Positions 17,545 to 25,516 of a DNA stretch of 32,000 nt are shown here, piece by piece. Every line of letters starts with the position of its first letter. Position 1 is the first letter of the stretch. The translations under genes and the position numbers were made by a program. Source of the DNA: Crocosphaera subtropica ATCC 51142 (lineage in GTDB: Bacteria; Cyanobacteriota; Cyanobacteriia; Cyanobacteriales; Microcystaceae); NCBI RefSeq assembly GCF_000017845.1, contig NC_010546.1, forward strand, positions 4,590,001-4,622,000. The letters run 5' to 3'. The notes beneath the pieces were generated by a model, which was not told the DNA's origin, made no database searches, and worked only from the letters and a program-made list of their open reading frames with translations.

Positions 17545-19248
17545 ATGACAGATCATCCCCTCGGTGCGGTTGTTCAAGGTTCCCTTTCACAAGGGTTAGA
17601 AGTTCGCTTACATTCTGATGTGTCCGTCGAACAAATGCGAGTGGGAAAATTTTTGGTGGTGCAAGGAGTGCGATCGCGGTTTTTCTGTTTATTAACCGAT
17701 GTCTCCCTGGGAACCGCTAACCCGCGCATTTTAGCCAACCCTCCCAGTTTTCAAGACACTTTTATGAGAGATGTATTGTCTGGGAGTGCTACCTATGGCA
17801 ATGTAGAACTTGCACCCATGTTAATGTTTACCCCTACCGACGAAGAAGAAAACCATAATTCTCACACTGAAGATACTTCTTTAGGATCGTTTCAAGCACA
17901 AACCAACGCTGATATTGAACTGCTTCCCGTCAAAACCATTCCTACCCATTTTAGTCAAGTTTATGAAGCGTCAGAAAGAGATTTTCGAGCGGTTTTTGGT
18001 TGGGAAGATGACCCTACACGGCGCAATTTTGCCATCGGAAAACCTTTAGATATGGATGTACCCATTTGTATTGATTTAGATCGCTTTGTTGAACGGAGTA
18101 ATGGCGTTTTTGGGAAGTCAGGAACGGGTAAATCTTTTTTAACTCGTTTGTTAATTTCTGGGATTATTCGTAAACAAGCTGCCGTTAATTTAATGTTTGA
18201 TATGCACTCAGAATATGGGTGGGAAGCGATGAAAGAAGGGAAAGAAGTTTCTACGGTTAAAGGGTTACGTCAGTTGTTTCCTGGACAAGTCGAAATTTAT
18301 ACTTTAGATCCTGAGTCGACTAAAAGAAGAGGGGTTAGTGATGCTCAAGAATTATATTTAAGTTACGATCAAATTGATATTGAGGATATTCGTTTAGTGG
18401 GTCATGAATTAGGAATTTCTGAGGCAAGTTTAGACAATGCTAATATTTTAGAAGCGGAATATGGTAAGTCATGGATTATGCAATTATTAAACATGACCAA
18501 TGAAGATATTAAGCTATTTTGTCAAGAAAAACAGGGTCATGCTGGTTCAATTATGTCCCTTCAAAGAAAGTTAATGCGGTTAGATAATTTGAAATATTTA
18601 CGCACTGCTTGTCCTCATAATTATATTAATCAAGTGTTAGAATCTTTGGATGCAGGAAAGCACGTCGTGATTGAGTTTGGATCACAATCTAATATGCTGT
18701 CTTATATGTTAGCTACGAATATGATTACTAGGCGTATTCATGGCAGTTATGTCAAGAAAGCTGAGAAATTTTTACAGACAAAAAGTCCAAGCGATCGCCC
18801 TAGACAATTAGTGATTACTATTGAAGAAGCACACCGCTTTTTAGACTCTAAAATTGTCCATCAAACTATCTTTGGAACCATTGCTAGGGAGATGCGAAAA
18901 TATTTCGTTACCTTGTTAATTGTGGATCAAAGACCATCAGGAATTGATAACGAAGTCATGTCACAAGTAGGGACAAGAATCACCTGTTTACTAAACGATG
19001 AAAAGGATATTGATGCTATTTTTACAGGAGTTTCTGGGGGACAAAATTTAAGGTCAGTGTTAGCAAAGTTAGATTCTAAACAACAAGCTTTAATCTTAGG
19101 TCATGCTGTTCCGATGCCTGTTGTTATTAGAACTCGTGCTTATGATCAACAATTCTATGCAGAAATCGGGGAAACGGATTGGTCTGAATTACCTGATGAA
19201 GAGGTGTTTGCAGCAGCTGAAACTGCTAGAGCAGAATTAGGTTTTTAA
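17545..19248 (+). CDS. HerA/FtsK-superfamily (DUF87-type) ATPase with an N-terminal HAS-barrel-like domain
   Basis: Walker A GKSGTGKSFL, Walker B/DEAH-like LVITIEEAHRFL, and VDQRPSGID (the HerA/FtsK Arg-finger region). The N-terminal beta-rich segment GLEVRL...VGKFLVV resembles a HAS barrel. ATG at 17545 is preferred over GTG at 17524. Confidence 0.8.
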   Translation: MTDHPLGAVVQGSLSQGLEVRLHSDVSVEQMRVGKFLVVQGVRSRFFCLLTDVSLGTANPRILANPPSFQDTFMRDVLSGSATYGNVELAPMLMFTPTDEEENHNSHTEDTSLGSFQAQTNADIELLPVKTIPTHFSQVYEASERDFRAVFGWEDDPTRRNFAIGKPLDMDVPICIDLDRFVERSNGVFGKSGTGKSFLTRLLISGIIRKQAAVNLMFDMHSEYGWEAMKEGKEVSTVKGLRQLFPGQVEIYTLDPESTKRRGVSDAQELYLSYDQIDIEDIRLVGHELGISEASLDNANILEAEYGKSWIMQLLNMTNEDIKLFCQEKQGHAGSIMSLQRKLMRLDNLKYLRTACPHNYINQVLESLDAGKHVVIEFGSQSNMLSYMLATNMITRRIHGSYVKKAEKFLQTKSPSDRPRQLVITIEEAHRFLDSKIVHQTIFGTIAREMRKYFVTLLIVDQRPSGIDNEVMSQVGTRITCLLNDEKDIDAIFTGVSGGQNLRSVLAKLDSKQQALILGHAVPMPVVIRTRAYDQQFYAEIGETDWSELPDEEVFAAAETARAELGF

Positions 19249-19273
19249 GTTTTTAATACGAGTAAATAAATTT

Positions 19274-19654
19274 CTAACGGTTATAAGGTTGAATTATTTT
19301 CAGATTAGGAATAACTCTATAATGTTTAACATTAAAAGTACAAAGTGTCCCGTTATTACTAATAACACAATGAGCAATTAAAGCATCTAGTAAACCCACA
19401 CCATCAGATAAATGATACTGACTAAAATCTAATAAAGCTTGGTTGCAATCACTCTCAGTTAACCAGATAATTGATAATGGTGAAATTAATTTAAACACTT
19501 GATTAACTTGTTGTTTATTTTTTGCATTTTGAATAAGTTCCATGACGACAAAACCTGGAATACTTGGGATATCTTGCAACGTTGTAAACCATGTAATTGC
19601 AGGTTGATAACCTCTAAGAACATCAATTAAGATATCAGTATCTAGTACATACAT
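19274..19654 (-). CDS. vapC: PIN-domain toxin (VapC family)
   Basis: MYVLDTDILIDVLRG carries the first acidic residue of the PIN fold. It is 126 aa and starts 9 nt downstream of a small antitoxin-like ORF. Confidence 0.85.
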   Translation of the reverse strand: MYVLDTDILIDVLRGYQPAITWFTTLQDIPSIPGFVVMELIQNAKNKQQVNQVFKLISPLSIIWLTESDCNQALLDFSQYHLSDGVGLLDALIAHCVISNNGTLCTFNVKHYRVIPNLKIIQPYNR

Positions 19655-19663
19655 AAAACTAAT

Positions 19664-19924
19664 TTATATCTGGTGACGATGTTCTGCTTCATAACGTATT
19701 TGACGTGCATATTCTTGACTGTCTTTAATATCAGAACGACAATTAATTAAACCTTCTTGTTGCCAATAAGCGATTAAGTCTTTTCCTGTTTTCGGTGTCT
19801 CATTTAAGACTTTTCTAGCTGAAAGAAGATGTAAAATATAGTCTGATAAAGATAAGTTAATTTGGGATGCTTCTTGAGATAATTCTTGTTCTAATTCTTT
19901 AGGTATTTCAATATTAATTTCCAT
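19664..19924 (-). CDS. Type II antitoxin partner of VapC
   Basis: An 86-aa acidic protein immediately upstream of vapC in the same orientation. It shows the N-terminal LSLSDYILHLL and C-terminal YWQQEGLI...DS.EYAR pattern common in cyanobacterial PIN-associated antitoxins. Confidence 0.7.
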   Translation of the reverse strand: MEINIEIPKELEQELSQEASQINLSLSDYILHLLSARKVLNETPKTGKDLIAYWQQEGLINCRSDIKDSQEYARQIRYEAEHRHQI

Positions 19925-19974
19925 TATTTTTACCTTTTGAATCTAATATCCTAATTATAACAAAAAGTCTTAAA

Positions 19975-20862
19975 CTAATTATAAAAATTTTCTATTCTTG
20001 AATTGATTTTATCAATATATTTTTTTTCTTTTTCAATTCCGATATAATGACGATTGAGATTTAAACAAGCGATCGCAGTGGAACCTGATCCCATAAAAGG
20101 ATCTAAAACTATCATATTTTCCTGACTACTTGCTCTGATAATTCTCTCCATTAATTTAACGGGTTTTTGCGTCGGATGAAACCTTTTTTCTTCATAAAAA
20201 TTGATATCATTCCAAACATCTGTTACACCCATTTCTATATTAAAGGTTGCAGAAATATCTTCATAAGGATAATTAAATTCTAGAATATCTTGTAATTTTT
20301 CCCACATTTCCTTAGTCGGAACTTGTGCCAAGATATTATTACCTGTGTACAGTGACCACATTCCCCCACCATTAGATTTAACTCCCAATCTTTTGTTAAT
20401 TTCTAATGCAGTTAACCCTAATTCTTTTTGTCTTTGTTTAAGAAACTGTTTAATAAAAGGACGACTATTATAAATAAAAAACAATAAACTTTCTGTCACA
20501 TTAGGAAACATCTTATAATTTTTAGTTGCCCTTCCACTAATAGCTTTCATTCCTTTATCTATAATAATTTGTTGTCGAAAATTAAACCCTAAATCAATGA
20601 TGGGTTCGTATAAATAAAATAAGTTTCTTAAGTAACCAAATAAATATAAACTACCTGATAACTTTATCACTCTAGAAATTTCAGAAAGCCACTGTAAACA
20701 CCATTCTTTATAATCTTCTTCTGTACGCCATTGATAGTCCCATTTTTGTTGAATCACTTTCCAATAAGGTGGATCGAGAATAATTAAATCAACACTTTTA
20801 TCAGGTAATTCTTGTAATATTTCAGTACAGTCTCGCTGTATAATTTGATTCAAATATTTCAT
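19975..20862 (-). CDS. Beta-class DNA methyltransferase (N6-adenine or N4-cytosine), solitary
   Basis: Catalytic motif IV ILDPPYW lies near the N-terminus and the AdoMet motif I DPFMGSGSTA near the C-terminus, a permuted beta-class order. No ORF that could be a restriction endonuclease is adjacent. Confidence 0.85.
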   Translation of the reverse strand: MKYLNQIIQRDCTEILQELPDKSVDLIILDPPYWKVIQQKWDYQWRTEEDYKEWCLQWLSEISRVIKLSGSLYLFGYLRNLFYLYEPIIDLGFNFRQQIIIDKGMKAISGRATKNYKMFPNVTESLLFFIYNSRPFIKQFLKQRQKELGLTALEINKRLGVKSNGGGMWSLYTGNNILAQVPTKEMWEKLQDILEFNYPYEDISATFNIEMGVTDVWNDINFYEEKRFHPTQKPVKLMERIIRASSQENMIVLDPFMGSGSTAIACLNLNRHYIGIEKEKKYIDKINSRIENFYN

Positions 20863-20904
20863 GTTTATATATATTGTTTAACTTAATATTGATCTTAAGC
20901 GATC

Positions 20905-21060
20905 GTCATTATGAAGGGGAAGATTAACATTAACCTTTAACTTTCACGCTTCAATACCCCGAAGCAATCCGAAAAACACCACTAAAGTATCAGTGGTCAT
21001 TGCGAGGGGGAAGATCAACATTAACCTTTAACTTTCATTCTTCAATACCCCGAAGCAATC
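20905..21060 (+). repeat. Two tandem copies (period 91 bp) of a 65-bp MITE-like repeat, GTCATT(G/A)(C/T)GA(G/A)GGG...ATACCCCGAAGCAATC
   Basis: Copy A at 20905..20969 and copy B at 20996..21060 align with few mismatches, and the spacers are also similar. A third copy lies at 27483..27546. Confidence 0.8.
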
Positions 21061-21195
21061 TCAGAAATATCACTAAAAACCTTTTAAAATTGTAGAAAAT
21101 GCCTCAAAAAGTTTTGATATTATAAAGAATATAAGCCATTTAACATTCAATCATCAATAATAACTGGTAACTTTTCACTGATCACTGATAAAGCG

Positions 21196-24024
21196 ATGAA
21201 AGCAATATTAAGTAGTCTCATAACTTTAAGTATTTGTTTAACACCCATTACCCCTATATTGACGGTTCAACCTGCAACCGCACAAACTGAAAATTTATCA
21301 GAGCAAGCATTACAATTGCTACAACAATCAATACAATTAGGACAGCAAGATAAATATCAAGAAGCTATAGAAACCCTACAACGGGCATTAGGAATCAGCA
21401 AAAAAATTAAAAATAAAGAATTAGAAATAACTGCACTGCTTGGACTTGGGTTTACTTACCGCAGTATAAATAAACCAACACAAGCATTAGACTACTACGA
21501 ACAAGCCTTATCGATTACGAGGGAAGTAAGTGATTACTTAGGAGAAGCTACTATCCTTATTAATATTGGTTTCGTGTACAACAACATAGACAAACCAACA
21601 GAAGCATTAGATTACTATAAACAAGCTTTACCTATTATGAGGCAACTGGGTGATGTCTTAGGAGAAGCTACTACTCTAAATAATATTGCGTTAGTGTACA
21701 GTAATATAGGCAAACCAACAGAAGCATTAAACCACTATGAACAAGCATTACTGATCGTAAGAGAAATAGGCGATCGATTAAAAGAAGCTACTACTCTAAA
21801 TAATATTGGTTTAGTGTACAATAATATAGGCAAACCAACAGAAGCATTAGATTACTTCAATCAAGCATTACCAATCAGAAGGAAAGTAGGCGATCGCTCA
21901 GGAGAAGCTACTACTTTAAATAATATTGCCTTAGTGTACAACAACATAGGCAAACTAACAGAAGCATTAGATTACTTTAATCAAGCACTACTGATCAGGA
22001 GAGAAGTCGGTGATCGCTCAGGAGAAGCTGCTACTCTTAATAATATTGGTGCAGTTTACTGGAGTATAGGCAAACCAACAGAAGCATTAGGCTACTATGA
22101 ACAAGCATTACCCATCACAAGAGAAGTAGGCGATCGCTCAGGAGAAGCTGCTACTCTCAATAATATTGGTTTACTTTACAACAATATCGGCCAACTCACC
22201 GAAGCATTAGGCTACTATGAACAAGCATTACCTATCGTAAGGGAAGTAGATGATCGCTCAGGAGAAGCTGCTACTCTCAATAATATTGGTTTACTTTACA
22301 ACAATATCGGCCAATTCACTAAAGCATTAGACTACTATGAACAAGCATTACCTATCGTAAGGGAAGTAGGCGATCGCTCAAAAGAAGCTACTACTCTAAA
22401 TAATATTGGCTTAGTGTACAACAACATAGGTAAACCAACAAAAGCATTATACTATTATGAACAAGCATTACCCATCATAAGAGAAGTAGGCGATCACTCA
22501 GGAGAGGCTATTACTCTGAATAATATGGGTTATGTTTATCGAGATACTAATTACCCTATCAAAGCTATTAAACATTTTGAAGATGCGGTTAATATTACTT
22601 TAGAGATGCGTCGGGGGTTGAAAAGGGAAGATAGAAAAACATTTTTAAAACAAAAAGAAAACACAGCTATTGCGCTTATTAAACTTTTAATTGAACAAAA
22701 TCAACCCGAAAAAGCCTTTGAATGGGCTAACCTTACCACAACCTTTGATTTAGCAGACTATAACCGTTTAATTAATGCACAAGTGGCTAACCCTCAAATA
22801 CAAAAAGAGATTGATGACTGGAATCAAAAGAATGAACGATTAAACTTTCTCAGACAACAATTAGAAGAGGAATTTTCTACAGCAAAAGCACAACAAGTTA
22901 ATGAGTTACAAGCAGAATTAAATTTACAAGCAGAAGCTATTGCGGATCAACATCCAGAAGTCGCAGAACTCTTTGAAATTAAACCCACAGATATCGCTAT
23001 TCTCAGAGAAAATATTGCCCCAGATACCGCAATTATTCAACCCGTCATCTTATCGGATAAAATTGCCCTATTTATTCTCACTTCTGAAGATGTAAAAGTG
23101 ATTACCAAAGATATTGATAGTGATGAATTTAATCAATTAATTACTGAATATCGTCAGCAACTCTCACATTACGCAAACGCTGATGTATTTGTTACCAGCG
23201 AAAAGATTTATGATATTTTGATTCGTCCTCTTGAATCAGAAATTAACACTATTGCGCCTGAAAATTTAGCTATTATTGCTACAGGAAAACTGCGTTATAT
23301 TCCCTTTGAAACCCTTTCCGATCCAGAAACAGGAGAATTTTTATTAGAAAAATATCCGATTCACTATTTAACTCGTATTAGTACCCATGCGATCCCCCCT
23401 AACTCCACTTTAGAAAGGGGTGAAAAGACACTATCAGCTTTAGCATTAGCTAACCCAAAACCTACCAATATTAACTTATCAGGAACAGAAAAAGAAGCCA
23501 AACATTTAGAAGATAATTTTCCAGGAAGTGAAGCTTATCTAGGGACAGATGCAACCTTACAAACCTTTAAAGATAATGCGTCACGTTTCCCTATTTTACA
23601 CTTAGGAACTCATGGCTGTTTTGACCCTGATGGTTGTCCAAATTTAGGCATGGAAGCCAATACTATTTTATTTGCAAATAATGAACAATATAATATTGCT
23701 GATGCTGCTTTATTAGGGTTAAAAAACACAGAAATTTTAGTGTTAAGTGCTTGTCAAACTGCTAAAGAAGCTAATGCAAACGGACGAGAATTATCAGGTT
23801 TAGCGTTTGTTTTAGAACGTGCCGGTGCAAAAACTGTTATGGCCAGTTTATGGAATGCAGAGGATGACACCAGTGCTAATATTATGACTAATTTTTATAC
23901 AAATATGAAACAAGGAATGAGTAAAAATGAAGCCATGCAACTAGCAAAATTAAATTACCTTGAAACAGGAGAATATGACCATCCTTATTTTTGGTCGCCT
24001 TTTATTTTAATTGGTAATAATTAA
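21196..24024 (+). CDS. Signal-peptide TPR-repeat CHAT-domain (caspase-fold) protein
   Basis: N-terminal signal-like segment ending ATAQ. About 10 TPR units of 40 aa follow (consensus GEATTLNNIGLVYNNIGKPTEALDYYEQALPI.REVGDRS), then a coiled-coil linker. The C-terminal CHAT domain carries the His/Cys dyad context HLGTHG and LSACQTA. Confidence 0.9.
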   Translation: MKAILSSLITLSICLTPITPILTVQPATAQTENLSEQALQLLQQSIQLGQQDKYQEAIETLQRALGISKKIKNKELEITALLGLGFTYRSINKPTQALDYYEQALSITREVSDYLGEATILINIGFVYNNIDKPTEALDYYKQALPIMRQLGDVLGEATTLNNIALVYSNIGKPTEALNHYEQALLIVREIGDRLKEATTLNNIGLVYNNIGKPTEALDYFNQALPIRRKVGDRSGEATTLNNIALVYNNIGKLTEALDYFNQALLIRREVGDRSGEAATLNNIGAVYWSIGKPTEALGYYEQALPITREVGDRSGEAATLNNIGLLYNNIGQLTEALGYYEQALPIVREVDDRSGEAATLNNIGLLYNNIGQFTKALDYYEQALPIVREVGDRSKEATTLNNIGLVYNNIGKPTKALYYYEQALPIIREVGDHSGEAITLNNMGYVYRDTNYPIKAIKHFEDAVNITLEMRRGLKREDRKTFLKQKENTAIALIKLLIEQNQPEKAFEWANLTTTFDLADYNRLINAQVANPQIQKEIDDWNQKNERLNFLRQQLEEEFSTAKAQQVNELQAELNLQAEAIADQHPEVAELFEIKPTDIAILRENIAPDTAIIQPVILSDKIALFILTSEDVKVITKDIDSDEFNQLITEYRQQLSHYANADVFVTSEKIYDILIRPLESEINTIAPENLAIIATGKLRYIPFETLSDPETGEFLLEKYPIHYLTRISTHAIPPNSTLERGEKTLSALALANPKPTNINLSGTEKEAKHLEDNFPGSEAYLGTDATLQTFKDNASRFPILHLGTHGCFDPDGCPNLGMEANTILFANNEQYNIADAALLGLKNTEILVLSACQTAKEANANGRELSGLAFVLERAGAKTVMASLWNAEDDTSANIMTNFYTNMKQGMSKNEAMQLAKLNYLETGEYDHPYFWSPFILIGNN
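21421..22560 (+). repeat. In-frame 120-bp tandem coding repeats (TPR units)
   Basis: The periodicity is visible directly. Units 22081..22200 and 22201..22320 differ at 8 of 120 positions by manual alignment. Confidence 0.9.
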
Positions 24025-24027
24025 CCC

Positions 24028-24052
24028 GTATGGTGGGCATTGTCCACCTTAC
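24028..24052. repeat. Palindromic GGTGGGCA/TGCCCACC-family repeat
   Basis: gtatggtgggcattgtccaccttac lies 4 nt after the stop of the CHAT gene. Confidence 0.7.
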
Positions 24053-24082
24053 TATAATCTTTACTCTATACTGCTATAGTTT

Positions 24083-24237
24083 GTAGGTTGGGTTGAACCA
24101 GTAGTGAAACCCAACAACACTTTGATGATTATCTTTTTTCTCGTTATTATATTACTATTTTATCCACAATAAAACATATTTTTTGACAAAAACAAGATGG
24201 TTTTTACTGTTGGGTTTCGTTCCTTAACCCAACCTAC
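24083..24237. mobile_element. MITE-like element bounded by inverted GTAGGTTGGGTT...AAACCCAACA arms
   Basis: Arm 1 at 24083..24117 is gtaggttgggtt-gaaccagtagtg-aaacccaaca. The reverse complement of arm 2 at 24208..24237 is gtaggttgggtt-aaggaacg-aaacccaaca. Each arm is itself a hairpin. The core of about 90 bp is AT-rich and has no ORF. Confidence 0.55.
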
Positions 24238-24530
24238 ATTAATATATTAGGAATAAAACGAGCTAACAAGGTTAAGAAAGCAGTTATTACGGCAACAATA
24301 ATGGGAATAACTAAAGATTTAACTCCTTTTAAATCAGCGACTTCATTAACTAAAGTGTTTTGCACTGTTTTGATATCTCTAACATTTTCTTTCAGGTTTC
24401 GCACTTCTGTTTTAACTTCCGTCACCTCTATTTTTAAGTCTGTCACATCTTTTTGTAAAGCTTCTAGTTTTCTATCAATACTTTTTAACATTTCAGCTAT
24501 AGAATAAGTTATGCTACTAGGTTCAGTCAT
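24234..24530 (-). CDS. Tail-anchored coiled-coil membrane protein (XhlA-like architecture, unverified)
   Basis: 98 aa. Heptad-like repeats (LEALQKDVTDLKIEVTEVKTEVRNLKENVRDIK) are followed by a single C-terminal TM helix (LVIPIIVAVITAFLTLLARF). The stop codon lies inside the MITE arm. Confidence 0.5.
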   Translation of the reverse strand: MTEPSSITYSIAEMLKSIDRKLEALQKDVTDLKIEVTEVKTEVRNLKENVRDIKTVQNTLVNEVADLKGVKSLVIPIIVAVITAFLTLLARFIPNILM

Positions 24531-24578
24531 AAGTGAAACTCCTATTTAAAACTGATCTAATATTAGTATAATACAATA

Positions 24579-25493
24579 TTACTTTAACTTAGGAATAGAT
24601 GGAGCTAAAATCATTACTTGTCCTTTTTTATCAGTTTTGATAGCTAAAACAGCAGGAACTTGTTTTTTATCAGCAGTCTTATCTAATCCAAAAAAACAAT
24701 AAATTACGTTATTATTTTCTAGTAATAATCGCCAAATTCTCGGTTCTTTTAAACTGGGATCATTGTCTTCAAGTCCTCGAAGATAATCAAATAAAGACAA
24801 GTCTCCAATAAAACGATAATCTTCTAAACTGGGATCAATAAAAACATCATCTAAATTTCGTCCTAATACTAAATCTTCTTTCGGGAAAATATAGGTAAAT
24901 ACAGGTAAAGTAGAAGTTTCATTAATTGCATCTCGACGGGCATCCTCCCATCCTTGAATTCTTGCTAACCAAAACAAAACGATTAATAACCAAATCACAA
25001 TAATTAAATCTTTTCGTAATGAAACAGGAATAACAGTTACTAATCCTCGGATCAATTTAGATGGGGTACATTGATGAAAATACTTTGCATATCTTCTTAA
25101 ACTACGCTGTACTTTTTGCCATTTTCTACGACGAGATGTAACATTTAACGGTTGAGATAACGGCAAAATAAAATTAACTGTCAAAGGTTCTACAAACCAT
25201 AAAGTAAATTTAATCACAGTTGCCACTAAAAATAATGCTATGATAGTTTTAGTAGATGCCCAACCGTTGCCTACAAAAACTTGAATAGGAACAAACAAAA
25301 AAGAACGCAAGGGAAAAGATAATTGTGTTAATTCTAATTGAAAATAGCTATAATAAGCCCAACGATAGATCCATCCTGTAAAATAAAGAAAGATTCCTAA
25401 CAACCCTAAAACACTAGCAAAGGTTCCTAAAATCTGTGTATTATTTTGAGATGGTTGACTACCAGACATAAATACCCCATTCCTTGATTGCAT
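24579..25493 (-). CDS. Hypothetical membrane protein (N-terminal multi-TM region, C-terminal soluble domain)
   Basis: A 304-aa ORF with an alternative ATG at 25469. It has three to five hydrophobic helices and a highly basic loop (RRRKWQKVQRSLRRYAKY). I recognise no family. Confidence 0.55.
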   Translation of the reverse strand: MQSRNGVFMSGSQPSQNNTQILGTFASVLGLLGIFLYFTGWIYRWAYYSYFQLELTQLSFPLRSFLFVPIQVFVGNGWASTKTIIALFLVATVIKFTLWFVEPLTVNFILPLSQPLNVTSRRRKWQKVQRSLRRYAKYFHQCTPSKLIRGLVTVIPVSLRKDLIIVIWLLIVLFWLARIQGWEDARRDAINETSTLPVFTYIFPKEDLVLGRNLDDVFIDPSLEDYRFIGDLSLFDYLRGLEDNDPSLKEPRIWRLLLENNNVIYCFFGLDKTADKKQVPAVLAIKTDKKGQVMILAPSIPKLK

Positions 25494-25516
25494 AGTTTAC
25501 AGTATCCTATTGAGTC

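Noticed and set aside
19925-21195. A restriction endonuclease partner for the methyltransferase.
   Set aside because: The flanking spaces are 50 nt on one side and a repeat-filled 333-nt intergenic region on the other. Neither contains an ORF of useful length on either strand.
21421-22560. A regular 120-bp periodic repeat that a repeat finder might flag as a CRISPR-like array.
   Set aside because: The repeats are in frame within one long ORF and encode TPR units. There is no alternation of conserved repeat and unique spacer, and no cas genes are present in the window.
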